Position numbers and translations under genes: made by a program | Part shown: piece after piece, positions 8,363 through 18,112 of the stretch | How the letters are laid out: the number at the start of each line of letters is the position of its first letter | How positions within the stretch are numbered: the stretch's first letter is position 1 | Notes under the pieces: generated by a model | The model's database searches: none | The model's input: the letters and a program-made list of their open reading frames with translations, nothing else | What the model was told of the DNA's origin: nothing | Origin: an uncultured virus (IMG/VR IMGVR_UViG_3300025326_000022) | Taxonomy: Duplodnaviria > Heunggongvirae > Uroviricota > Caudoviricetes | Length of the DNA: 64,000 bases | Reading direction: 5' to 3' (one strand) | IMG/VR virus record: IMGVR_UViG_3300025326_000022

Positions 8363-10993
8363 TTATAGCAGCAACCGCATACGCAGCAGGTTAAACGGCC
8401 CGTAGAACTCGAGGTCCACATCTCCCACCATGGTCGTGAGGTCCCCCGGGGCAGTCGACGGTTCCAACGAATTCAGGGTCGCGGATTTCAAAGCCTTACG
8501 ACCGACAAACAGGGCAATGACCCCCTGGATAATCATGCTGACCCGCTCGACCAACTCGGGCGTGATGTTGTTGACTCCCAGGAGCGGCTTGACCGATACT
8601 CGGCACGTCTTGGCAAAGTCATCCGTCACGGTGGTGAAAGATGCCTCGGCCGTGAGGTCGCCACTGACGTCGGTGGTGTACTGCTTGCGGCAAACGATCG
8701 GGCCGCCATCAACGTCCTGCACCAGGACCCAGTGGCCCGCGGAGGTCAAGAGCTCAAGCTGCCGTTCTTTGAACAGATCGTTCGAGTGAACCAACCCTTC
8801 CCACCCGGGGATCGGGAGTTCCGAGTACCCTTGCTCCGATGGAATCGTCGCAATCATCCCGGCAATCGTACAGGCAATGTAATAACCCGGGACTTCCTGC
8901 TGGATCCCCCGGATCGTCGTGACCCCAAGGTCGGGCCAAATGGACCGCACCCGCCGGCTCTTGAACCGCTGGGGGAAGGTGGCCAGGGATTCGGCCTGCC
9001 CCTGGATATCGGGCTCATCACCCAGGGGGGTCGTGATGACCAACGGGTCCCCCGGGGTGTAGATCGAGAAGCTTTCGGTCAACTTGACACCCGTGAGGTC
9101 AGTGTTGGGATCATGCACCACGATGGATCCGTTCCACAGGCGAACCGACTTGATTCCAAAGTCCCGATTCTCGGACTCCAGGTCAAGGAAGTCACCATCG
9201 TCGTAATTGGGACTCGAGCCAGCCGCAACAGCCGAGACGTCCGCGTTGGTAAAGAACTGGGTAAAGGTATCGGCCCCCAGGGTGAAGTCAATCCCTGGGT
9301 CATTCGGCACCTCGATGCCGGCACGGGCACTCGGCCCTACGAAGAAGGTGGCCAAAGCCGCGACATCGGGGTCGGCATTCAGGGCCGAGACAAACGCGAG
9401 GCTGTCGAACATCACGCCGGAACCCCCCTGCTTGTCCACCGTGATGACCTGCTCGGTTGGATCCAGGACCGAATACGCCAACACCGCGGTCGTGATGTCG
9501 AATGGAAACTCCAGCAACACGTTGTCCGCGTCGATGAAGCTCAAGACCGTGTTGTCGATCGCCGCGCTGTAGCTCTGGGCCAAGACCGCAGGGGTTGCGG
9601 CCAAGCCCTCGAGGATCACGATGTCGCTACCGTTGGGGTTCGTGATCACGTTGGAAGTCGAGAACCCCAGGATCTTGTACGTGCCCGTGTGGACACCCGC
9701 CGTGATGACGAAGTCATCCCCGACGTCGAGCCCAATGCCACGGAACTGCCGAACAGGACTATTGGCCTTGGCCTGGTTGCCCGTGAGGTCCACAGTCCCG
9801 GTGACACTGTAGCGCACCACCTTCCCGACCGTCGAGATCGCGAAGGCCCCTGTCTCGTTGATGTTCGAACTCCCCGTGACGACCGAACCCACCACGCTGG
9901 TGGCCAGGACTTGGAAGTCGGCCGATACCAAGATTGGCCCCGACCCCGTGCCCGCGAGCACCCGGTAGGCCAGCTTGTTATTCACCGCAGCACCACCACG
10001 ACGAGCCTCGCCGATCACGTGGTAAGCATCGGCCAACGATTGCTCAAAATAGGCATGGATCAAGTCGAGATCCCCAATGCCCGAGACCCCAATGTCGTTC
10101 GACCCGTTGGTCGGCAGCTCGGTATTGAGCAGGACGATCCGCTCCTTGCGATTGGTCTCTTCACTCATGTCGAGGATGTGCCGGACCATGGCGTTCTGGA
10201 CCGCGAGCCCACGGGACAAGGGCACCAGGGTATAGCCCTCGATCGTGCTCAGGACCTCGATGGCCCGGAGGTAGGCCCCGTAGGTGCCCTCGGGTTCCGC
10301 GTCCGACACTTCATCCAAGGCCACGAGGTACTGGAATGAGCTTTGCGCCACCTCCAGGACCTTGTTCAACCCCAGGGCCGCGGGGTTCTCAGGTCCGAAC
10401 TCATCGCCCCCCGCGATCGTGGAGAACCCGTTGACGTCGGTCTTGAGGAACCGACGAGCGTAATCACGCCGCAGGGCTCGGAATCCAATCACCACATTGG
10501 CAAAATACCCGGGGGTGAAGGGCTTGCCACTGGAATCCACCTGGGCTGAGAACACCCGGATCCCGACGGTCCGGTTGGTCCCGGCGCCCGATACCCCGGC
10601 GATCAACTCGAACCCGACGTTCTGGTCCAGCTGCACGAAATTGCTGGTCCCAGGGCTTACGAGCAGAACCTTGAAGAACGGGTCTGTCGCCACCTGGTTG
10701 TTCGGCAGCACGAGGGACTTGTCCAATAGGCTTGGGATGGCCAAGGCCCCGGTCAAGTTGACGATGTCGCTGAAGAAGTAAATTTCGATCGCGTTGCCCT
10801 TGTACAGCACCGGGCTACCGGCCGAATCCTTGGCTACGGCATCCTGGTTGATGGTCTCGCCATCCAGTGCCTCAACGACCTGGTAGAACGGCCCCACCAC
10901 CATGGCCGGGAGCCCGGACTCCAGGATCGTGACCAGGGGGGTTTGGATCTCCTGGGAAAATTCTACGCCTGCTCGTTTACCTGATACTGCCAT
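8363..10993 (-). CDS. contractile tail sheath protein
   Basis: 876 aa; C-terminal sheath-like block (VPGYYIACTIAG...QLELLTSAG...RKQYTTD...NNIT). Confidence 0.85.
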   Translation of the reverse strand: MAVSGKRAGVEFSQEIQTPLVTILESGLPAMVVGPFYQVVEALDGETINQDAVAKDSAGSPVLYKGNAIEIYFFSDIVNLTGALAIPSLLDKSLVLPNNQVATDPFFKVLLVSPGTSNFVQLDQNVGFELIAGVSGAGTNRTVGIRVFSAQVDSSGKPFTPGYFANVVIGFRALRRDYARRFLKTDVNGFSTIAGGDEFGPENPAALGLNKVLEVAQSSFQYLVALDEVSDAEPEGTYGAYLRAIEVLSTIEGYTLVPLSRGLAVQNAMVRHILDMSEETNRKERIVLLNTELPTNGSNDIGVSGIGDLDLIHAYFEQSLADAYHVIGEARRGGAAVNNKLAYRVLAGTGSGPILVSADFQVLATSVVGSVVTGSSNINETGAFAISTVGKVVRYSVTGTVDLTGNQAKANSPVRQFRGIGLDVGDDFVITAGVHTGTYKILGFSTSNVITNPNGSDIVILEGLAATPAVLAQSYSAAIDNTVLSFIDADNVLLEFPFDITTAVLAYSVLDPTEQVITVDKQGGSGVMFDSLAFVSALNADPDVAALATFFVGPSARAGIEVPNDPGIDFTLGADTFTQFFTNADVSAVAAGSSPNYDDGDFLDLESENRDFGIKSVRLWNGSIVVHDPNTDLTGVKLTESFSIYTPGDPLVITTPLGDEPDIQGQAESLATFPQRFKSRRVRSIWPDLGVTTIRGIQQEVPGYYIACTIAGMIATIPSEQGYSELPIPGWEGLVHSNDLFKERQLELLTSAGHWVLVQDVDGGPIVCRKQYTTDVSGDLTAEASFTTVTDDFAKTCRVSVKPLLGVNNITPELVERVSMIIQGVIALFVGRKALKSATLNSLEPSTAPGDLTTMVGDVDLEFYGPFNLLRMRLLL

Positions 10994-11014
10994 GGGTTCG
11001 ACCTGAAACCAGCA

Positions 11015-11041
11015 TACAGGAACCAGGGGTCACAATACAAA
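11015..11041 (-). promoter_or_regulatory. class II promoter-like motif TTTGTATTGT-N13-TGTA
   Basis: Identical motif and spacing at 17664-17690; upstream of sheath-tube operon. Confidence 0.6.
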
Positions 11042-11047
11042 CAAGCC

Positions 11048-11728
11048 TCAAGGGAAAGGAGTGCCCTTGGGTTCCGCGTACTGTACTTTGCCAACTATTC
11101 GCCTCCTGGGCAACGTACGCCAGGTTTCCTGATGGTGGACGTTGCACACCACCGTGGCGACGAAGAACTCGCCCGAGGGATTCTGGGCCACGAGCTCACC
11201 AGACGCTGGGTTCGTCGTGTTGGCATCGATCAACGTGATGCTGGTGATCCGCTCGATCTCCGAGTGCATCTGGTGGAGCGCGGCCGACGCCATCGAGGCC
11301 ATGGACTCGGCCTCCAGTTTGGTCGACGACCTGGCCCGCAGGATGACAGATCCATTCCGAAGGTCACTGTAGAGCCGGGTGCCGTCATTGTACTCGTGCA
11401 ACAGGTTGTTGATCGCATGGTTCCCCCAGGTGAAGGGCCCCAGTTCCGCCGTAAGGGCCGGGGTGATCCCCTTGGCCACGGTATCGCGCGGGTCAGCGTA
11501 CCGGATTTGAATCTTCGACACCGCGGGATCCGGATCCCACCGGAGCGATGTGTCGGGCAGCGTGCGGAATACCGCCCGGTAGAACGCCAGCATGATTTCC
11601 CGGACGTACTGATGGAAGTCCTGGCTCTGGGCAAACGGCGGGATGGCCAAGAGGCTCGAGCCCTCGACCCCAAGGGTCTCGAGGTCCCGCTGGATCGCGG
11701 CATATTGCTCGGCCGTCAGGATGTTCAT
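11048..11728 (-). CDS. putative tail completion/terminator protein
   Basis: Position between neck genes and sheath; 226 aa. Confidence 0.55.
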   Translation of the reverse strand: MNILTAEQYAAIQRDLETLGVEGSSLLAIPPFAQSQDFHQYVREIMLAFYRAVFRTLPDTSLRWDPDPAVSKIQIRYADPRDTVAKGITPALTAELGPFTWGNHAINNLLHEYNDGTRLYSDLRNGSVILRARSSTKLEAESMASMASAALHQMHSEIERITSITLIDANTTNPASGELVAQNPSGEFFVATVVCNVHHQETWRTLPRRRIVGKVQYAEPKGTPFP

Positions 11729-12573
11729 GCCGCGGGCACCAGGGTGTAGGGCCTCGCGTACTCACGGGACAACGGAATCCTGCTCAAGATGTCCGGTTCC
11801 GGGAGAGGAACCTTGTATTTCACATCACTTTTTTGCACATGGGCCACCCCCAGGACCTGGATGGTGCGGGACCTGAGCTTCTCACTATGGTTGAGTGAGC
11901 TGATGAGCCACCGGGTATTATCCGATTCCACCAATAGGTCTCCTATAAATGCCTCGATATCGGCCGTCATGGTGGCGGAGCCCATGTGGACAAAGGCTTC
12001 ATCCACCTCGGCATTCTGGACCAAGGCATCGGGGTCGTCCTTCATGTTGACCATCAGGACCACGGGGTTGAAAAACCCGGTGATGAACCCGGTGTCAAAA
12101 CACGTGTCACAGTGGCTCTTGACCCTCTGGTTTTCGAGATCCCCCCAGCAATCATGACACCGGACCCCATCGGTCCTGAGGCGATAATAAAGCATGGGGC
12201 GACCGATAAACTCCCGGAGCAGCAGGTTGTGGCGCCGGCGGATCTCATTACCCAGCACATCCTTTGGATGGGTAAACTCCCGGGGCACCGTGGTCTCGAC
12301 CACTGGGTAGGGAGCTTGGCGCGACACCACCTTGAGCCGGTAGTAATACCGGGCAAACACCGCTGTCCCGAAGATGTTGCGATCGGTAAACGAGATCGCG
12401 TTGAAGGTCTTGGCAATCAGCTGGAACGGACCCCCGGGGCTGCTGGATCGCTCAACCCATACCTCATGGGTCAAGGCATCGGCAGGACGAACAAATGACC
12501 ACAGGGTATCTAATCGCCGGACGTCCAGCCCAAGGGACGTGACCTTGAATTCTCGGATCACCTGGGTGGTCAC
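11725..12573 (-). CDS. putative neck/head-closure protein
   Basis: GTG coupled to upstream stop; N-terminal FN3-like segment (YYYRLKVV) and C-x2-C...CDTCFDTGFITGF zinc motif. Confidence 0.6.
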   Translation of the reverse strand: MTTQVIREFKVTSLGLDVRRLDTLWSFVRPADALTHEVWVERSSSPGGPFQLIAKTFNAISFTDRNIFGTAVFARYYYRLKVVSRQAPYPVVETTVPREFTHPKDVLGNEIRRRHNLLLREFIGRPMLYYRLRTDGVRCHDCWGDLENQRVKSHCDTCFDTGFITGFFNPVVLMVNMKDDPDALVQNAEVDEAFVHMGSATMTADIEAFIGDLLVESDNTRWLISSLNHSEKLRSRTIQVLGVAHVQKSDVKYKVPLPEPDILSRIPLSREYARPYTLVPAA

Positions 12574-13427
12574 CCCACCCCCCCGATGACCCCCGAGCCC
12601 CCGAGGAACTCGGATAAGAAGAAATACTCTGAGTTCAACCCCGTGGGGGTGGAGCCAAAGGCGTCGGAGACATTCTTCGCCATCTTGAATTCCTTGACCC
12701 ACTGGGTGTAGGCGCCCTGCCAGACATTCTGAGCCTGGAGGTATAGGGCCGCGTTCTCGGGATCCACCGTGACCCCGGCGTCGGTGTACTGGAGGTTGTT
12801 CCGTAGCCTCAGGAGCCCGGAGGACGCGAGGATCCACCCGATCGTCCCGATGACCAGCATCCCGATGCTCGGGAACGAACCAAACTCCACCTTGGCGATC
12901 GGGGGAGGGGTCGCGTTGTAGAGCGACATCGCCATGACCATCGCGATCCTGATCTCCCCGTCCGAGGTCTCGCGCCCCTCGGTCAGGCGGTTCAACTGAG
13001 GGTGGTCCCGCAGGATCGTCCGGACCAACTGGACAAAGATCTCGATGTTCCGGGCGGCCGAGATTTGCCCCGGGGTCGTGGGGAACCCGACCGCCTGGCC
13101 CGCGACGGTCGTGTAGGTACCGAATCCCTTGACCTCAAATCGGATTCGATCGACGAAGAAGGTCGCGACCGCGACCTCGGCGTTCACGTAGGCTGCGTAG
13201 ATCCCGACGGCCTGGGCGTTGCCCACGGGCCAATCGACATGGAATCGGCCGACGTCATCGACCACGGGGGACAACGACACCACCAGGGTCCCGGTCTCGT
13301 CCTGCCCTTGGTATACCTCGACAGCAAAAGGGCTGATCGGAACCACCGGGGTTCCGGCCAAAAGGGTCAGGAACGGGATCCTGACGGTTGACCCTTGTTC
13401 CGCGTGGCTCGGGTCAACCACCGGCAC
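12570..13427 (-). CDS. putative head-tail adaptor
   Basis: Position; VRTILRDHPQLNRL...RNNLQYTDAG. Confidence 0.6.
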   Translation of the reverse strand: MPVVDPSHAEQGSTVRIPFLTLLAGTPVVPISPFAVEVYQGQDETGTLVVSLSPVVDDVGRFHVDWPVGNAQAVGIYAAYVNAEVAVATFFVDRIRFEVKGFGTYTTVAGQAVGFPTTPGQISAARNIEIFVQLVRTILRDHPQLNRLTEGRETSDGEIRIAMVMAMSLYNATPPPIAKVEFGSFPSIGMLVIGTIGWILASSGLLRLRNNLQYTDAGVTVDPENAALYLQAQNVWQGAYTQWVKEFKMAKNVSDAFGSTPTGLNSEYFFLSEFLGGSGVIGGVG

Positions 13428-13839
13428 GTCGAATCCCCTTGATCAGGGTCTTCTTGTTCCGGTTCCCCGGTTCTTGGCCTGTGCGGTCACGGAAAAGTGC
13501 CTGCAGGGCTGGCAACTCAAGGGTTTCAAACGGTGGATCTTCCGCAACGGAAGCCCCGGGTTCAAGTCCAGGCTTTGGATCCTGCTGGACCACCGGGACC
13601 CTCGGCTCCACGGCTGGCAAGGGGGCTGGGGCGGTGATCGACGGCTTGACCGGCACGGGCGCGATCTCCAGGGCCTTCTCCACCGCCACGATCTTGACCA
13701 TCCCGGCCTTCTCGGCCCGGAAGATGATCTCGAGCTGCTGATCCGTGATGTTGTCGAACGTGTGTTCCTGGAGCCGTGGCACCGTACCCCAGGGGAAGGC
13801 CGCGTCGACCCGCGGGCCACCTTGCAGCGTGACCTTCAT
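13414..13839 (-). CDS. hypothetical virion-module protein with C-terminal HEH/Rho-N-like motif
   Basis: Pro-rich linker then LQAL...NKKTLIKGI. Confidence 0.5.
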   Translation of the reverse strand: MKVTLQGGPRVDAAFPWGTVPRLQEHTFDNITDQQLEIIFRAEKAGMVKIVAVEKALEIAPVPVKPSITAPAPLPAVEPRVPVVQQDPKPGLEPGASVAEDPPFETLELPALQALFRDRTGQEPGNRNKKTLIKGIRRAGG

Positions 13840-14330
13840 CGCCGTGCCTTTTGTTTGGACTTGGGTTTCGACTTAACCGAGACCTTGACAGTACCCTTGG
13901 GACGCTTGGGCTCCACAGGGTCGTGATCGGGATCCACGACATCGTCGTCACCCCTAGGTTCCAACGGAGCAACGGGTTGTTCCGTCTGCTCGGCGCCCGA
14001 CTCGACCAGCTCGGAAATCGGATCGTCCTGTTGGACACCCGCTGGATCCGTGATCGTGACCCCCGTGGTGTCGGCCATCTTGGCCATATCGACCTTGACC
14101 TCGGGGACGATCGTGTCGACCACTTGTACCACCGGGTTCACAATCTCCACGACACTCGTCGACACCACGACCTCGGGGGCCACGGGCTCGATGACCGTAT
14201 CCTGCACCTCGACGTACTCGGCCCGGCCCATCGAGATGTCGTACTGGACGGACGGCAAGAGGTCATCTTCACGGTACAGCCCCGGGGCCGCGCCGCAGAC
14301 GGCGTTCGGATGGACCTGAACCTTTCGCAT
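13836..14330 (-). CDS. hypothetical low-complexity protein
   Basis: TATAGT-N6-ATG; acidic middle, basic tail. Confidence 0.55.
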   Translation of the reverse strand: MRKVQVHPNAVCGAAPGLYREDDLLPSVQYDISMGRAEYVEVQDTVIEPVAPEVVVSTSVVEIVNPVVQVVDTIVPEVKVDMAKMADTTGVTITDPAGVQQDDPISELVESGAEQTEQPVAPLEPRGDDDVVDPDHDPVEPKRPKGTVKVSVKSKPKSKQKARR

Positions 14331-14388
14331 GACTCCACTATACCAAAGTTGTGGCCTTTGGGACAACCGGGCCAGCCTGACCCCAGGT

Positions 14389-15387
14389 TCAACCCAGGTT
14401 GGCCCCAGGCTCCACCTCGACCGTAGGCCCCGGGGCTGCCGCAAGGCGCTCGCGCTCATGGGGACATTGACCGAAGCGATTTCGTGCCAGATTGCAGCTA
14501 TGGCAGAGCACCTGGTACCCAGGGGGGAAGTGATTCTTTCGGAGCCAGATGTAAAAGTTTCGACCATCCGTCTTACTCCCCGTGATTTCCAGCCGGTGGG
14601 CCGCCCCGTTGTTATCTATGTGATCGATGCTGAGGAAATCGAGGTGCTCGGTACCGCAGCAGGCACATTTCTGACCACCATAGGCGTTGAGTATCTGGAG
14701 CTTGAGCTTCACATAGCCATTGCGCCTACGCTCTCGAACTTTATGCTCCTCACCCACCGATGAGTACACAGTCTCAGGTGGTCGCCCCACCCTCACTCCA
14801 TAGTCCTCAAGACCGTGCGGACAACGATTCCGGTGCCCAAGAGCAAAATTACAATTCATACAAAGAAGCCTTAAGGTGACCGGATAACCGTTACGTTTTG
14901 CCCACGCCCGTAGGGCATCTCCACCCCTCGGGCCATCCCTATATCCACCTATATGATCCAAAGTCAACAGATCTTCCCTGTGCTCACCGCAGCATAAGCA
15001 TCGACCACCGTAAGCCATAAACACTTCAGTCTTTACTTTGTGACGCATTTCTCCATGCTTCTCTCGAACCTTAGACAGATTTCTGTCCTCCCAGTCTTTG
15101 GCACGAGCCCTACAGGTGGCACACCTGGAAAACCCTGGCTCAGACAATTTCGTGCAGTCAGATCCAATGCAAAGCCCCTTAGCTTTCTTTGATTCTGTGG
15201 GTATTCTATTTGTGGCCTTGTACCCACGCATATATGCCAAATGCTTTGAACACTTGACCTTACCTTCCTCGTGCGGTCTGTGGCAATCCTGAACCGAGCA
15301 CTCGGTTGCCGGTTTGACTATGGCCTTACGTCTGTAGTACTTCAGTCGGCTTCGCTCTCGTTCTTTCGCTGGATCTTTGTATGGCAT
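14389..15387 (-). CDS. free-standing HNH-type endonuclease with two tandem nuclease domains
   Basis: Two copies of YGG.C.CCG...L(T/S)(L/I)DHI...LCxxCN; N-terminal Cys clusters; visibly AT-richer than flanks. Confidence 0.8.
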   Translation of the reverse strand: MPYKDPAKERERSRLKYYRRKAIVKPATECSVQDCHRPHEEGKVKCSKHLAYMRGYKATNRIPTESKKAKGLCIGSDCTKLSEPGFSRCATCRARAKDWEDRNLSKVREKHGEMRHKVKTEVFMAYGGRCLCCGEHREDLLTLDHIGGYRDGPRGGDALRAWAKRNGYPVTLRLLCMNCNFALGHRNRCPHGLEDYGVRVGRPPETVYSSVGEEHKVRERRRNGYVKLKLQILNAYGGQKCACCGTEHLDFLSIDHIDNNGAAHRLEITGSKTDGRNFYIWLRKNHFPPGYQVLCHSCNLARNRFGQCPHERERLAAAPGPTVEVEPGANLG

Positions 15388-15429
15388 GAGTAAGTTTACA
15401 ACAGTTTCACACAATACTCAACTCAAGAC

Positions 15430-15458
15430 AAAAAAAGAGCCGCGCTTTCGCACGGCCC
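15430..15458 (-). terminator. intrinsic terminator after major capsid gene
   Basis: GGGCCGTGC-GAAA-GCGCGGCTC then T7. Confidence 0.85.
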
Positions 15459-15478
15459 TTTCGTATTTCGCCCTTCCT

Positions 15479-16573
15479 TCAGAAGGAACGAACTTGAGGA
15501 AAACGACCACCTTGCTCCGCCAGATTGCGCTGTTGGAACAGGTCGTCGTCCACGATGTTGAGCGGGTTCTGCTTCGGGTTCGCTGCCTCGTAGGCCGCGT
15601 CGTACATCTTGAGCTGCACGGCAGACCCGACGTTCGCGATCACGGCCCCGAAGTTCGAGTACACGTGGAACGTCACGATGTTGCTGCGCCGGTCAATGAA
15701 TAGCTTGTACGGTGCGCCCCCGTAGTCGAGTACCCCGTTCTTCCCGAGGAACTTCTCGTCTGCGAACAGCCAGAGGTTCCCGGGTTTGAACACGTCCTGC
15801 TTGGTCGTCACGACGGTCGCGACGCCCGTCCACATGGGCACACGATAGCCCTCGCGGAACACTTGGCCACGCAGCTGGTCGCCCTGTTCGAGCGCTTGCA
15901 ACGAGTCCAACGTGTTGTAGTCGAACTGCGTGATCATGACCTTGGAAGGCTTGATCCGGTTCGACTGGTTCTGCTTCGCGCGGGTCAGGGACAGGCTGTT
16001 GAGCGGGTTGATGATGCCCGCCGTCAGGGCGCCCCCAGTGGCCGAGACTCCAAACACGCTCCCGCCGCCGAACACCGCCTTGTACGCCGCGTTGGCGTCG
16101 ACGAAGTCGATGGCCCGCTTGACGTTCTGGAGCATGTAGAGGTCATGCTGATCCCCGATCGCCTTGATGGCGTAGTCGTACACCATCTGCATGATGGGGT
16201 AGTTGTACACCAACAGCTCCTGCTCCGCGATTTCGAACTCCCGGGACTTGAGCATGTGGAAAGACATCGGGACGCGGGGCGCCCGGATGATCTGGCCACG
16301 ACCCGGTCCACGGAAGTCCGTGATCGCGGCGGCCGCGTTGGTGTCGAGGTTCACGATGTAGTACATCGTGTCGTTCTCCAGGTTGACCTGACACTCCTCG
16401 GGGCGGATCGGCTTCTGCGGGACAATGGTGTTGAACACCATGTCTTCACGCAGGCGATCGGCCACGAAGTTGTCGCCCACCCGGGTTACTTGACCGGCGT
16501 CCTGTCCCAGCTTCTGCAAGAAGTTCTGGTTATAGACGACCGGCGGGATTCCGTCGAGATTTCTCCAGTCCAT
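15479..16573 (-). CDS. major capsid protein
   Basis: 364 aa, strongest codon bias in window, AAGGAG RBS, downstream of protease/scaffold/decoration and followed by a terminator. Confidence 0.8.
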   Translation of the reverse strand: MDWRNLDGIPPVVYNQNFLQKLGQDAGQVTRVGDNFVADRLREDMVFNTIVPQKPIRPEECQVNLENDTMYYIVNLDTNAAAAITDFRGPGRGQIIRAPRVPMSFHMLKSREFEIAEQELLVYNYPIMQMVYDYAIKAIGDQHDLYMLQNVKRAIDFVDANAAYKAVFGGGSVFGVSATGGALTAGIINPLNSLSLTRAKQNQSNRIKPSKVMITQFDYNTLDSLQALEQGDQLRGQVFREGYRVPMWTGVATVVTTKQDVFKPGNLWLFADEKFLGKNGVLDYGGAPYKLFIDRRSNIVTFHVYSNFGAVIANVGSAVQLKMYDAAYEAANPKQNPLNIVDDDLFQQRNLAEQGGRFPQVRSF

Positions 16574-16600
16574 TTGATTTATCTCCTTGTGTCGTCTTGT

Positions 16601-17167
16601 TTACAGGATTTCGATGTCCATGACGCTGCGGCGGTCCTGGGTGTACGGAGGCCGCACGACCCTGGCGACACGCAGCGGATTCGCCCCAGCATCACCCGTC
16701 AGGTTGGCCTGGACGATCGCGCCATCGACAGTGCCACCGTCCGTATCGGCCGGGACCAAGGGGCAAACCCCGATCCTGTGGATCACCTGGGCCGCGTCCT
16801 CGATGTAGCGGCACAGGGTCAAGAGGTCACCTGCCGCATACGTGATGGCCCCGTCGGCCCCATCCTTGGTCGCGAAGACCGAGGTCTGGCACGTGGCGCC
16901 CTTGTGCGCCAGCACCGTGAGGCGACGACCCGACTGCACATCCATCCGGCCCTTGTCGACCAGCAGGGGATAGGCAATCGAAAGCGTCTGGATCTGGGTG
17001 GCGTCGGCACGGAACAGCGCCTGGGAAACATTGAGTCCCAACCATTCCCCTTCGATCGGGCATCCCGTGTTCAGGGGATCGAGCGAAAGCCCCGCGTCCG
17101 CTGGAAACGAGAGCCGCTGAGAGTACGTCAGGCCGGGCTCCACGATTGTGAACATTCCGAATCTCAT
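16601..17167 (-). CDS. putative capsid decoration protein
   Basis: 188 aa directly upstream of capsid gene; AAAGGAG RBS; highly biased codons. Confidence 0.55.
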   Translation of the reverse strand: MRFGMFTIVEPGLTYSQRLSFPADAGLSLDPLNTGCPIEGEWLGLNVSQALFRADATQIQTLSIAYPLLVDKGRMDVQSGRRLTVLAHKGATCQTSVFATKDGADGAITYAAGDLLTLCRYIEDAAQVIHRIGVCPLVPADTDGGTVDGAIVQANLTGDAGANPLRVARVVRPPYTQDRRSVMDIEIL

Positions 17168-17189
17168 GATTCGTCTCCTTTTTTGTTGA

Positions 17190-17534
17190 TTAGCTTTGTA
17201 AGAAGCTCATGAGCCCGGTCCCGTGATCTTGGCCCTGGGCTCCTGGTTGACGATGGAGCGTGTGGCCACGATCCTCCTGCATGTCCGCGAGCTTCTGCTC
17301 GAGCTGGAGGTCCTGGTCACTCTTCTGTTCCAACTCCGCGACCTTTTCGGGCATCTCGCCCATGGGGAGCCGGCCGGCCGACGCCAGCTTGATGGTCAGG
17401 TCCCGGGCCGCCACCTGGTGGGCGAGGTCTTCGTTCTGGGCAGCCAATTGGCCAATGACCTCTTGGGATACCCGGAGCTGTTCCCCCGCTACCTTGAGTA
17501 GCCCTCGAACTTCTTCCATATTCAGCTTGTCCAT
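17190..17534 (-). CDS. putative scaffolding protein
   Basis: Helical, E/Q/L-rich, four K-x-A motifs; AAGGA RBS. Confidence 0.55.
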   Translation of the reverse strand: MDKLNMEEVRGLLKVAGEQLRVSQEVIGQLAAQNEDLAHQVAARDLTIKLASAGRLPMGEMPEKVAELEQKSDQDLQLEQKLADMQEDRGHTLHRQPGAQGQDHGTGLMSFLQS

Positions 17535-17563
17535 GTCGATCATCCTTATGGTCTCGTTGTTGT

Positions 17564-17647
17564 GGCACGGCAGATCCTCCACGGGCACCATGCCCTAGGA
17601 TCAACTGGTTCACCGCCTCCACGTCCTTGAAAGGACTCGGCGACGAA
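17564..17647 (-). ncRNA. structured leader RNA with kink-turn
   Basis: UUCGUCGCC-GA-GUCCU-UUCA-AGGAC-GUG-GA-GGCGGUGAA matches k-turn geometry; second hairpin 17564-17594. Confidence 0.55.
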
Positions 17648-17663
17648 GTGCTTACCTTTGTTC

Positions 17664-17690
17664 TACACCATCGCGGCCCAACAATACAAA
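17664..17690 (-). promoter_or_regulatory. class II promoter-like motif TTTGTATTGT-N13-TGTA
   Basis: Second copy; upstream of scaffold-decoration-capsid operon. Confidence 0.6.
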
Positions 17691-17692
17691 TG

Positions 17693-17720
17693 CGAAAGGC
17701 CGGAATTACCCGGCCCTTCG
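17693..17720 (-). terminator. hairpin, possible terminator
   Basis: CGAAGGGCCGG/CCGGCCTTTCG stem after the 17740 stop; weak T tail. Confidence 0.45.
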
Positions 17721-17739
17721 GAACGATTGCAGCAGAAGT

Positions 17740-18111
17740 TCAGGAACGCATCAGGCCAGCCAATACCCCTCGGCCCGGCCCGGACGCCACCTTCCCGATG
17801 GACCTGGGGATTTGGAGCGATCCCTTGGCCTGGGGGAGCACCTGGCCGACGAACTCGCGGGCCTGGTCGTGGACATCCTGGCGATTGAACCCCAGGGGGC
17901 TGTTGAGCATCCGGAGGTTCGCCGCCGCCATCGCGGGGGTCGTGGGGAGCTTCTCCGCCACCTTGTCCAAGAGCTCCGCGGTCTTGCCGAGCTCTTGGAC
18001 GAATCCCGCGACATCGAACTCGACCTCTTGGCCTTGGCCCGAGGGCTCGGGAGTACCGTCAGCTCCACGCTGCCCGGCCATACCCTTCAGGATGTCTTCG
18101 AAGGCCGGCAC
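17740..18111 (-). CDS. putative head protein (K-x-A motifs)
   Basis: 123 aa in head operon. Confidence 0.6.
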   Translation of the reverse strand: MPAFEDILKGMAGQRGADGTPEPSGQGQEVEFDVAGFVQELGKTAELLDKVAEKLPTTPAMAAANLRMLNSPLGFNRQDVHDQAREFVGQVLPQAKGSLQIPRSIGKVASGPGRGVLAGLMRS

Positions 18112-18112
18112 G

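Noticed and set aside
8732..10339. 535-aa plus-strand ORF (also 15863-17212, 23125-24222, 29064-30113 and similar)
   Set aside because: Antisense shadows of GC3-biased real genes; no motifs or RBS.
17545..17550. Extra CATAAG hits (17545-17550 minus, 45439-45444 plus)
   Set aside because: No upstream GTKWAW element at 17 nt; one overlaps an SD, the other is intragenic.
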